39,541 nt of DNA from the NCBI RefSeq assembly GCF_006345805.1, contig NW_021832796.1:1-39541 (forward strand), in the 5' to 3' direction. A program made the translations under genes and the position numbers. The DNA comes from Octopus sinensis. Its lineage: Eukaryota. The notes under the pieces are model-generated. The model was not told the DNA's origin. It did no database searches and worked only from the letters and a program-made list of their open reading frames with translations. Shown here piece by piece: positions 1 through 10,228 of this stretch; within the stretch, counting starts at the first letter, position 1; every line of letters starts with the position of its first letter.

Positions 1-119
1 ATTTCGGACGAGTGGCTTCTGATATATTCTAGGGTTGAACACTACCTTTACAGTGAAATTTAGTTGCGTGAAACTGCAGAAGCCCACTGCATTTATATAT
101 ATATCTGTGTGTGTGTGTG

Positions 120-305
120 TGCGTACGTCAGTGCGTAGGAGAAGAAAACAGAAAATGTGTTTGGCATTAATGTTTTATATAATATACACGTGTTTCATGA
201 AATCGGCGGACATCAATTACGTAAGCATAAAATTCAGTGACGTAAGCAAATACTGTTGGTTTCATTCATCGGCCATTATTCGGTCAAAATTATCCAAAGG
301 TACAT
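120..305 (+). promoter_or_regulatory. Candidate promoter/first exon: cluster of bZIP (CRE/D-box) and E-box motifs, Inr-like site and splice donor
   Basis: TACGTCA 124-130, CACGTG 187-192, TTACGTAA 217-224, TGACGTAA 238-245, Inr-like TCATTC 262-267 and AAG|GTACAT donor at 299/300, in non-repetitive sequence. Function is inferred. Confidence 0.3.
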
Positions 306-1256
306 TCTGGATGATGTAGAGAACGATTATATGGGGGGGAAAATTGAAAAAAGATTTATAGAGGATCCTTCCCCACCATCACAACCCCCTCCACACACAC
401 ACACCGGAATTTGTTAAATGCATATCTTTTTTTTAAATTTCCTTGTTTTTGGGTGGTATAGATTATAGTTAATTTTCTTTTTTCGAATTTTATTTCGATA
501 ATCATAATCTACGCCACCGAGAGCGCATCTCTGGAAAGTTACACTAAAGAATATGCATTTAACAATGTTCGGTGGAGTTGGTGGAATGAATAGCCTTCTA
601 AAAGCAAAAAATTAAATTTGTTTCATTTTAACGCCCTCCTTCTCAGTAATTTACATTTAAATGTATCTCAGGAAAATTTCATTGAAATATATGAGTTGCT
701 AAAGAAAGTTATGAGGAAATAAAATCAAAGGGAGGGCACACGTTTGTAGTTTTGCCGAAGTCTTACGCAGTGGCCTCGGACTAAGTTGTCATCATTGCTT
801 GAACCTCTAAACTAGGCGTAGACAACATTTTCCGAGAAGTGGGCCGCATAAAACACGGTTCGTAGTCAAATAGGCCGCACTGCTACAAAAAAAAAAAAAA
901 AAATCAAGGTAATTTTTCGTTCGGTGTACCATTCGGAAAGGCCACAGTTCTTAACCATTCTAAAATGACTAAACGGCTTCCTCACGGTATAACATAATAT
1001 ACCATGGGGGAAGCCCTTGGATAGCTGAACTGAGTACAACGTACATAAGCCATATTCTTTATTATGAATTTCTTAGGAATGAAGAAGTCAAAATAACAAC
1101 AACAATTGTGTTTCCATCTATAAACTAACAACTTTGATTTCTACTACTAAGATGTTTGTTGTGTATTTTATGAATATGTTGAGATACTAAAATAAAATCT
1201 AATTATTTACATGATATTTATTTGTAAACAAGCTAATTAATTTACCGTACGTATTA

Positions 1257-1597
<341 letters not shown>

Positions 1598-1860
1598 GGG
1601 TGGTTAGGCTGTTGCAGTCATGATTGCAAGATCGTGGTTTCGATTCCCAGGCTGGGTGGCACATTGTGTTCTTCAGCAAAACACTTCCTTTCCCATTGCT
1701 CCAGTCCAGTCTGCGACGGACTGGTGTCCCGTTCAGAGGGATTGTTGGCCTGCCTGTCTGGCCAGTCGGATGGCATCATTCGAAACTTACAATAATATCA
1801 AAAAGCGCATTGTATCCAGCAGTGTTCAAAAATATCCGATGATCTGGTCGATACTGTGAT
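1598..1860 (+). mobile_element. tRNA-derived SINE, diverged (head + core + tail)
   Basis: A-box-like GGTGGTTAGG, B-box GTTTCGATTCC, then core-like TTGTGTTCTTCAGCAAAACACTT...TTGCTCCAGTCCA. Confidence 0.6.
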
Positions 1861-1872
1861 TATGATATATAA

Positions 1873-2092
1873 GGGTGACGAGCTGACAGAATCTTTAGCC
1901 CATAGGATAAAGATTTTATTGTTATCCACGGCTTATTACGTTCTCAGTTCAAATTCAGCCAAAGTCAACTTTCAACTTTGCCTTTCATCCCTTTGGAGTC
2001 GATGGAAATTATATTTTATATAGTCAAGTACTGTGGCCGATATAATCGACTTGTCCTACCTCTTCAAAAATTATTAGCCCTGAATGCTACCG
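1873..2092 (+). mobile_element. Old copy of main SINE family (tail type B)
   Basis: Diverged match to in-window copies: GGTGACGAGCTGACAGAATC...GTTCAAATT...CTTTGCCTTTCATCC. Confidence 0.7.
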
Positions 2093-3019
2093 CGGGCCAA
2101 TGTCTCGTTTAGGAGGGATGTTTTGATCTCGGTACCCCATGGAAACCGGGTAACCGGCCCATTGTGTCCTAGGATTCAAAGGAAAGACAATATGATTTAT
2201 GAATAATGAAATAATAGTTCATAATTTCCTCTTGTGTATGGCAATTTAGATACTGCAAGGTACGACAATATTTTATGAATTCATGGAATGTCCTCCGAAA
2301 AAAAAGTTAAAATTATTTGCTTTCCATGCAATGAAGTCAGATTCAGAAAAATATCAACTCAATTTAATCTCAAATATATTGATATTATCCAATTTATTTC
2401 AATTTCGTCAAAGCAGATGGATAGAAATCATTTGGCAAATTAAACAGACCTTGGTGCCACAACTCCTCCAACTCTAATCGTAGGACTCATCTTTCTTGTG
2501 ATGCACCACAATTCAAGCCTAGCAGTGACAATCAAGTACAGTTGCCAGCAATAGAAAATGCATCACAATGACATCAGTTTCAAAAAGATTTTCAGTTGTA
2601 AGATGCCTAATGAAAAAAAAAAAAAAAAGAACTAAGGTTATTCTGGAAAAGTATTCAGGATCGTCGGCGATTTTGCAAGAATCGTAAGAATTGGAGGAAA
2701 GACTGACTTGAAGTTGTATCTAGTGACGAAAAATTAATTTACTGATTTACAGACAATATGTTCTTTTCGTTCGTTGTCTGCCAACTGCGAGATAGAATCT
2801 CAGTTACACATTTACTAGAGCCCAGCTATATCTAACCATTATGTTATGGAGGTCTGTTATCGCAAAAAGAATGAATGGTGTTTAGATAATAGTTCCAAGT
2901 GTGCATATAAAAACTAAAACATTGTTTCTTGAGGTGGAGGCAAGGGACCTCAGAAGGGGACATAGGTAAAAGTAAATATAATTTGCAATAAAGATTTAGC
3001 TAAAACTTCTTTTGCATAT

Positions 3020-3024
3020 ATATA

Positions 3025-3080
<56 letters not shown>
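3020..3080. repeat. (TA)n microsatellite
   Basis: Directly visible. Confidence 0.98.
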
Positions 3081-3081
<1 letters not shown>

Positions 3082-3084
3082 GTC

Positions 3085-3240
3085 CTCGTAACTTAGCAGT
3101 TTGGCAAAAAGGCCAATATAATAAGTACTAGGCTTTAAAAAAGAAAACCCTGAGGTCGATTTATTCGACTGAAACCCTTCAAGGTGTTGCTGCTAGAATG
3201 GCCGCAGTCAAATGACTGTAACAAGTAAAAGAATAAAAAA
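3085..3240 (+). mobile_element. 3' part of second SINE family (OR-like)
   Basis: AATGGCCGCAGTCAAATGACTGTAACAAGTAAAAGAATAAAA; reverse-complement match to the copy at 37481-37600. Confidence 0.75.
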
Positions 3241-3424
3241 ATACATCCACATATGTTCTTGTTTCCGTCATTGGACTTGGGATAGGGTGAGGTGCCGTAT
3301 TGAAGGGCATTTAGTTAAACATATCGGTAGCTAAGGTACGGGGGCGTATCGGTTGTCAGGGGATTGAAAAAGAAACTTAGGCACAAAGCACGCGGGTATA
3401 TACACACTAATGTTTATATATATA

Positions 3425-3770
3425 TATATATATAATAATAATAAATATTAGGGAATAAATCCAAATTTACAGGGAAAAAAATCAGATTTAGGATTAAATC
3501 CAATTTTATAGTAAAATATTATATAATATTAATTAGAGACAAAACCACTATTTTGCAAAACAAACAAGGAAAGACTTAATCAATACATAAAATTTTAATA
3601 AAAAGTAAAAAAACCGCCACTACAATTGTTTTTCATTCTTGAACGACAATCTTCAGGTGGATTTCCGATTTTCAAATCAGTTTCAAATTTATTAAAATTT
3701 TGTGCATTGATTAAGTCTTTCTTGTTTGTTTTGCAAAATAGTGGTTTTGTCTCTAATTAATATTCTATAT
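3425..3770. mobile_element. TA-flanked hairpin mini-element (~83-bp imperfect inverted arms 3521-3603 / 3688-3770), probably Penelope-derived
   Basis: Inverted arms seen directly; flanked by (TA)n; spacer carries a hammerhead-like motif. Confidence 0.6.
3617..3660 (-). ncRNA. Degenerate type I hammerhead ribozyme motif
   Basis: Minus strand CCAC-CTGAAGA-(poor stem II)-GAAAAAC-AATT-GTA-GTGG; stem I CCAC/GTGG, palindromic stem III ACAATTGT, two extra A in the core. Confidence 0.45.
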
Positions 3771-4062
3771 ATATATATATATTTCAACAATTGAGGGCAA
3801 AATTAATTATTATTAATCAATTTCACCAAGTGTTCAGTATGCAAGGGACCATTCAAGGCGAATTCAAATATTACATTATATAAAAGGGCTTAGTAAAATA
3901 AATTACTTTGCCGCATACTGAACTCTTAGAAATAGCAGCTAAAAAACTTTTTTAAAGCTATTTCTAATACTTAAAGAAAATCTCTCTCATATATAGTGTT
4001 TGCTTAATTCAACTCACAAAAGTTTGGGGGTAAGGACATCGAAAAATCAAATGCTAAGGTTA

Positions 4063-4118
4063 TTTGAGAACGTACGTTTCAAGATTAGTCAAAACAACAC
4101 TTCTATCATCAGCTCAAA
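4063..4118 (-). ncRNA. Type I hammerhead motif, array copy 1
   Basis: TTTGAG-CTGATGA-stem II region-GAAAC-GTAC-GTT-CTCAAA; 6-bp stem I, palindromic stem III ACGTACGT. Confidence 0.6.
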
Positions 4119-4603
4119 ATTCTTGGTTTGGATTTGGAAACACTGAAAATAAGAACATACCCTTTCGAAGATCTGCTCGTAACTAACAGTGCCAGCAAAT
4201 TCAAATAAGCAAGCGAAGAATCTCTGTTCTCCCCTTCCACCAGCGTGGGTTAAAATCATCAAACACTATGCTTATTTCGGTAAAATCCGAAGCATTAATC
4301 AGAGGGAGATTAATTATAATTTCAACAATTGAGGGCAAATTAATTAATTATTAATCAATTTCACCAGTGTTCAGTATGCAAAGGGACCATTCAAGGCGAA
4401 TTCAAATTATTACATTATATAAAAGGGCTTAGTAAAATAAATTACCTTGCCGCATACTGAACTCATTAGAAATAGCAGCTAAAAAACTTTTTTAAAGCTA
4501 TTTCTAATACTTAAAGAAATCTCTCTCTCATATATAGTGTTTGCTTATTCAACTCACAAAAGTTTGGGGGTAAGGACATCGAAAAATCAATGCTAAGGTT
4601 ATT

Positions 4604-4655
4604 TGAGAACGTACGTTTCAAGATTAGTCAAAACAACACTTCTATCATCAGCTCA
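4604..4655 (-). ncRNA. Type I hammerhead motif, array copy 2
   Basis: Same motif with stem I TGAG/CTCA. Confidence 0.55.
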
Positions 4656-4810
4656 GAAATTCTTGGTTTGGATTTGGAAACACTGAAAATAAGAACATAC
4701 CCTTTCGAAGATCTGCTTATTTGAATTTGCTGGCACTGTTAGTTACGAGCAGATCTTCGAAAGGGTATGTTCTTATTTTCAGTGTTTCCAAATCCAAACC
4801 AAGGAATTTC

Positions 4811-4862
4811 TGAGCTGATGATAGAAGTGTTGTTTTGACTAATCTTGAAACGTACGTTCTCA
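4811..4862 (+). ncRNA. Type I hammerhead motif, array copy 3
   Basis: TGAG-CTGATGA-TAGAAGTGTTGTTTTGACTAATCTT-GAAAC-GTAC-GTT-CTCA. Confidence 0.55.
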
Positions 4863-5355
4863 AATAACCTTAGCATTTGATTTTTCGATGTCCTTACCCC
4901 CAAACTTTTGTGAGTTGAATTAAGCAAACACTCTATATATGAGAGAGATTTTCTTTAAGTATTAGAAATAGCTTTAAAAAAGTTTTTTAGCTGCTATTTC
5001 TAATGAGTTCAGTATGCGGCAAAGTAATTTATTTTACTAAGCCCTTTTATATAATGTAATAATTTGAATTCGCCTTGAATGGTCCCTTTGCAATACTGAA
5101 CACTTGGTGAAATTGATTAATAATTAATTAATTTTGCCCTCAATTGTTGAAATTATAATTAATCTCCCTCTGATTAATGCTTCGGATTTTACCGAAATAA
5201 GCATAGTGGTTGATGATTTTAACCCACGCTGGTGGAAAGGGGAGAACGAGATTCTTCGCTTGCTATTTGAATTTGCTGGCACTGTTAGTTACGAGCAGAT
5301 CTTCGAAAGGGTATGTTCTTATTTTCAGTGTTTCCAAATCCAAAACAAGGATTTC

Positions 5356-5407
5356 TGAGCTGATGATAGAAGTGTTGTTTTGACTAATCTTGAAACGTAC
5401 GTTCTCA
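5356..5407 (+). ncRNA. Type I hammerhead motif, array copy 4
   Basis: Identical motif to copy 3. Confidence 0.55.
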
Positions 5408-5595
5408 AATAACCTTAGCATTTGATTTTTCGATGTCCTTACCCCCAAACTTTTGTGAGTTGAATTAAGCAAACACTATATATGAGAGAGTTTTCTTTAA
5501 GTATTAGAAATAGCTTTAAAAAGTTTTTTAGCTGCTATTTCTAATGAGTTCAGTATGCGGCAAAGTAATTTATTTTACTAAGCCCTTTTATATAA

Positions 5596-5608
5596 TATAT
5601 ATTATATA

Positions 5609-5699
<91 letters not shown>

Positions 5700-5700
5700 T
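5596..5700. repeat. (TA)n/(TG)n microsatellite
   Basis: Directly visible. Confidence 0.95.
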
Positions 5701-5989
5701 ATTTACAACACACACAGACACGATGGGCCTCCACATAGTTCCGTCGAACAAATTAAGTTTGTATGTGTGCGTGTATTTTGTCTCTGCTTTATACTAACTT
5801 TGTGCTTCCATTGTGGGTCGGAGGAGTAATTTTTTTTCGTTACTTTTGAAAATCCAAGAGGGAGCGTAATACAAAATGGCGGTTGAAAATTACTATGAAA
5901 CCTACCTAAATATTCTGAGCAAGTTACCTAAACATATGACCTCTCCAGTTGCACTTTATTCCAACACATTGGTGTACTACGCTATTCTG

Positions 5990-6960
5990 AAAAATATGTG
6001 AAACGAATGGCTGAGAGCAAATGATATTCGCTGGGTAAAGAAAAAAATGGTCAGAGTTATCTTGGCACTTGAACACAATTGAAGGTGGATTGGTTTATAT
6101 GAAAGATGCTACATAAATTTCGGATTTAAAGAAGATGCCACAATTCACGAGTGATGGGAAGCAAGTGGTGAAACGAAGGGTAGAATTGCAGGAACTGGCA
6201 CATTAATGCGCTAGCTCCAGCATCCTTTAACGGCGAGAGGTGTAAGAGAAATGATTTGCTTATTAGATCTGAAGGGGCTATACTACGTATGTAGGAAAAA
6301 ATGGAGGAAACATTTGACATGCTTCATATTTTTCTGATTGTCAATAAAAAAGAATATACTTCGAGTTCCCACTATCACCGGATGCATATTATATTTGAAG
6401 TTATAATATAGAATATAAACAGAATTGCAAATGGCGGCAGAGCGATGCATCAGCTCCAACAATTGGTCCTCAAAAGAGGAGAGGCTGTTAAAAAAAAAAA
6501 AGAATCAAACTTGCCCTCTTCAGTTCCCTTTTTCGTGCCTATTCTCAACTATGCCCATGAATATTGGGTAATAAACGAAAGAGTAGCATCGCTAATACAA
6601 GCGGTCGAAATGGCGTTCTTCCGAAGGATCTCTGGAGAAACGATACTTAACCTAGAGGTGACTTTGCCTTTCATCCTTTCGGGGTCGATTAAATAAGTAC
6701 CAGTTACGCACTGGGGTCGATATAATCGACTTAATCCATTTGTCTGTCCTTGTTTGTCCTCTCTGTGTTTAGCCCCTTGTGGGTAGTAAAGAAATAGATA
6801 CTTAACCTAGAGGCAGATAAAGAACGAAATGGTTGGATAATAAGCACAGTCTCAGTTGATCAGCCTTAAAAATCCAACCGGTTAATGTAATGATGGTTTC
6901 TTCTGAGAAGACCCTATGGAAGAGATGCTTGAGGACTCTTCTCCTACGAAATTTTTCAGG
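5990..6960 (+). mobile_element. Decayed RTE-clade LINE ORF2 remnant (RT and C-terminus), internally deleted
   Basis: Translates to ICLLDLKGLYYVCRKKWRKHL (RT-like CFVDLEKAYD.V.R.KLW), then FVPILNYAHEYWVINERVASLIQAVEMAFFRRISG, and after the SINE an RTKWLD-like motif typical of RTE C-termini; stops and frameshifts. Confidence 0.75.
6659..6796 (+). mobile_element. 5'-truncated SINE (tail type A) inserted in the RTE remnant with 17-bp TSD
   Basis: GATACTTAACCTAGAGG at 6642-6658 and 6797-6813. Confidence 0.9.
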
Positions 6961-6989
6961 AGTAGTAGACAGAGATAAAAGGATGGATG

Positions 6990-7120
6990 GAAGATATTTC
7001 AGACTTAGGTACGGGAGATAACCCTAGATTATTGCAAAAAAAAAAATACTTGGTCGCAAAAACGCTTGACCGCATTGCAGTAATACTGGAGGCAAAGGGA
7101 TAACATACCAAGTATTACAC
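6990..7120 (+). mobile_element. Tc1/mariner transposase C-terminal scrap
   Basis: 7060-7116 translates KTLDRIAVILEAKG*HTKY, resembling the Tc1 terminal motif SMP.RI.AVI.AKG.HTKY. Confidence 0.5.
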
Positions 7121-7269
7121 TAAATATGATATTCATATCCCTACTTTTGTAGAACGTTCTCAGGTTATCTGCTTGTTTTATTATCGAATACGTTGTTTTT
7201 CATCTATATCGTTAATTACACCATAAAACTTTATTTTTATCAGTGTATTCAGCCTTTTGGCCAGAATTA

Positions 7270-7722
7270 TACTCGTATACACACACATGTGTATATATGT
7301 ATGTTTATGTAAACATTCATATATGTACACACTTACCTACATATGTGCACACTTACATACACATTTACATATAATATATATGTGCATACATGTGTATGTG
7401 AATGTTTACATACGTGTATGTATACATTACTATTTAGATGTATATGTATGTATACATCTGTGTGTATGTGTACATATTCATGCACACACACACGCACGCA
7501 TATATATTTAATGTGTGTGTGTGTGTGTGTGTAATGTATGAACATGTCTATATCTGTATAGATGGATGTGTGAATGGATGTACGCGCGCGCACGCACACG
7601 CATTGTGTACAAAACTCAATCCGATAATGCTTATATTTTGCCTCTCGTGTGTGTATATCTCTTCTTTTGATCTCTCTGATACGAGACTTGTTTTATATAT
7701 GTATATATATATATATATATAA
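7270..7722. repeat. Degenerate (CA)/(TA)/(TG) low-complexity tract
   Basis: Directly visible. Confidence 0.9.
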
Positions 7723-8074
7723 ATTACTTTTTTTCATGTGGAGGAGGGGGTGGTCATGAGGGGGGGCAGTGAAAGCATTAAAAAACTTTAATGCTATCGA
7801 TCACTCATACTAACCTGTTTGCACGCATTCATGCGCATGCACGCATACACTGCATGCTTGCCTACTTATTTGGTTTTAAAAGGCCAGAAAATGTGGTGAG
7901 GTAGTCGTTGCTTGGTTAGCACTTCCGCTCTATCAGATTTTTCCCTTAAGACATGTGGCATTTGATTGTTGTTGAACATGTAGTATTGTGGTAAAAGTTT
8001 ACCGCTCCAACCAATGAACAGAATACATTGTTACGAAGCGAGACTGTTGTAGATACCATATTCAGCATTTACAC

Positions 8075-8293
8075 TAAGGCGGCGAGCTGGCAGAAACGTT
8101 AGCATGCCGGGCGAAATGCTTGGCGGTATTTCGTCTGTCTCTATGTTCTGAGTTCAAATTCCACCGAGGTCGACTTTGCCTTTCATCCTTTCGGGGTCGA
8201 TAAATTAAGCATCAGTTGCGTATTGGGGCCCATCTAATCGACTGACCTCCTCTTCCAAAACTTCGGACTTTGTGCCTAAAGTACAAAAGAATA
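8075..8293 (+). mobile_element. Full-length main SINE (tail type B)
   Basis: AAGGCGGCGAGCTGGCAGAAACGTTAGC head, GAGTTCAAATTCC B-box, tail ...CTTTGTGCCTAAAGTACAAAAGAATATT. Confidence 0.85.
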
Positions 8294-8319
8294 TTCTGCA
8301 TATAAACTACCGCAGCAAT

Positions 8320-8453
8320 GTATGTGTGTGCAAGTGTATGCATGTATATTCATTTGTGTGTGTGTGAATTTATACACACACACACACACACATATAATAC
8401 ACACACACACACACACATATATATACACACACACCACACAGATATATATACAC

Positions 8454-8505
<52 letters not shown>

Positions 8506-8535
8506 CTATATCTTTGTGAGTGTATATATATATGA
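8320..8535. repeat. (TG)/(CA)/(TA) compound microsatellite
   Basis: Directly visible. Confidence 0.95.
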
Positions 8536-8929
8536 GTGAATAAAAAATATATAGTGCGTGTGTCATCATTGAAAAAAAAATTACCGTTCCGAAATACAAC
8601 AGTATGTGAGTGTGTGCGTGCATACGATTGAGCGAGAGTGGTACCTGTTACATGACAGCTAACTTTAGAAGTATATCTTGACCCCCAACGGTAATATCAG
8701 GAAACATGTCACGCATACAACAATCATAACTTTTATCAAACTTCTTGCTACTCACACAAAACATTGAAATGAATTTTAACTTTCAAGAGAAAATAACAAT
8801 CTTAAAAGAAATTTATATAAAACAATTCTTTCATTTGTATCGTTTTTCGACATCAGTGGCAGACGCCATTAGAAAAACTTATATCTATTTGCAAAGGAGC
8901 CTTCATTTTCATCGCTACCTGGTGGTTAC

Positions 8930-8972
8930 CGCCCGTTGACGAGGGACAACAATCCCGAAACTAGTTCGAGCG
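8930..8972 (+). ncRNA. Minimal type I hammerhead ribozyme (C3U variant), predicted cleavage after GUU at 8966
   Basis: CGCCCG-TTGACGA-GGGA-CAACAA-TCCC-GAAAC-TA-GTT-CGAGCG; 6-bp stem I with one mismatch, 4-bp stem II, palindromic stem III ACTAGT. Confidence 0.75.
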
Positions 8973-9309
8973 TATCACTCAGGCTTGCGAGGAAGGGATG
9001 GCCTCCCTTTGCAAATACCTCCAAGGACACAGATCTTGTGTCTAGAGCCAGCTAGAGACGAAGATCTCTTGGGGCTATAAAGCTACAGTAACACCCCCTC
9101 CCCAATGTGGTTAGCCATGATAAGATGGCTTCTATACTTTACAATAAATATATCATTCTTCTGAATCTTATCACTATAATCGCAACCCGCTCCATCATAA
9201 AATTATTTGGAAAACTATTTTAAAACTATTTTTTTTTTTCCTTCAGGAAGTTATCATTGGCAGCAAGCTTCGAATGATGTGAAATTATCCAACACCTCGT
9301 AACCTATTA

Positions 9310-9600
9310 ACACTCTATGTAACTTTCTTTGGATCTTTTCGGTTTGAACGGCAGTTTTTTCTTGCGGTATCATATGAAATTGTCACCCATAATTATGACC
9401 CTAGTATCGATCTATTGCATTTCAATCTATTTTAGGTTTAGGTTTAGGGGAAAGGGTATCTTTTTTTCTTCACAAATGTAAATAAACCCAATCTGTTTCT
9501 CAAACGAGGGACATATTCATACAGCACAGAATGTTGTTTACCTCAATGGACGTCAGTGATTGGTTGAAATTGCAGAAATTGAAGAAAAAAACAACACTTT
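9310..9600. mobile_element. Interspersed repeat with short TTAGG(G/T) tract, probably a non-autonomous DNA element
   Basis: Recognised from memory as an octopus interspersed repeat; TTTAGGTTTAGGTTTAGGGG at ~9431-9450; class uncertain. Confidence 0.35.
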
Positions 9601-9815
9601 CTTTCATTCTATCTCTTTCCTTCTCTCCATACGATGTGATTGGAGATTCTAGCAACTGACCAACATTTATATCAACTACTGTTAAATCGGAATAGGGGAC
9701 CGTCTCGATGGGATGTTCTCGTCGCTCCTTTCCATCAACGGGTAGCCCCACGCTTACCAGTGCATGATCGACTCTACACGGCCAGCGCGTCCCTGACCAA
9801 AAAAAAAAAAAAAAA

Positions 9816-10228
9816 AGGTGGCGAGCTGGCAGAATCGTTAGCGCGTCGGGCGAAATGCTTAGCGGTATTTCGCCTGCATTTGCGTTCTGAGTTCAAATTC
9901 CGCCGAGGTCGACTTTGCCTTTCGTCCTTTCAGGGTCGATTAAATAAGTACCAGTTACGCACTGGAGTCGATATAATCGACTTAATCCGTTTGTCTGTCC
10001 TTGTTTGTCCCTTCTGTGTTTAGCCCCTTGTGGGTAGTAATGAAATAGGTATTTCGTCTGCCGCTACGTTCTGAGTTCAAATTCCGCCGAGGTCAACTTT
10101 GTCTTTCATCTTTTCGGGGTCGATTAAATAAGTACCAGTCAATGGGGTCGATGTGATCGACTTAATCCGTTTATCTGTCCTTGTTTGTCCCCTCTGTGTT
10201 TAGACCCCTGTGAGCAATAAAGAAATAA
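9816..10228 (+). mobile_element. SINE with tandemly repeated body (head + 2 bodies, tail A)
   Basis: Head at 9816; second body begins after junction GAAATAG|GTATTTC at 10042-10055. Confidence 0.88.

Larger units (their letters stand above)
3781..5595. repeat. ~540-bp unit repeated in tandem (about 1.75 copies) then inverted (about 1.6 copies); retrozyme/Penelope pLTR-like array
   Basis: Unit start TTTCAACAATTGAGGGCAAA at ~3782 and ~4320; inversion at 4714-4747; flanked by (TA)n on both sides. Confidence 0.9.

Noticed and set aside
2730-2920. Possible hAT transposase dimerisation-domain remnant (SANCEIES...RMNGV)
   Set aside because: Similarity is limited to a few residues across stops and frameshifts; cannot be supported without a search
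5134-5358. 74-aa protein-like ORF inside the 540-bp array
   Set aside because: The frame is broken by indels in the other unit copies and has no recognisable domain
8075-8165. SINE heads as tRNA genes
   Set aside because: A/B boxes are present but there is no complete cloverleaf, and each continues into SINE body and tail
9431-9450. TTAGG(G) tract as interstitial telomere
   Set aside because: Only three imperfect units, inside an interspersed repeat
9758-9792. Minus-strand 35-nt exon candidate reading GRAGRV (helicase motif VI-like) with CAG acceptor and GTAAGC donor
   Set aside because: The pyrimidine tract is just the poly-A adjoining a SINE, the following residues do not fit DEAH helicases, and no other helicase exon was found
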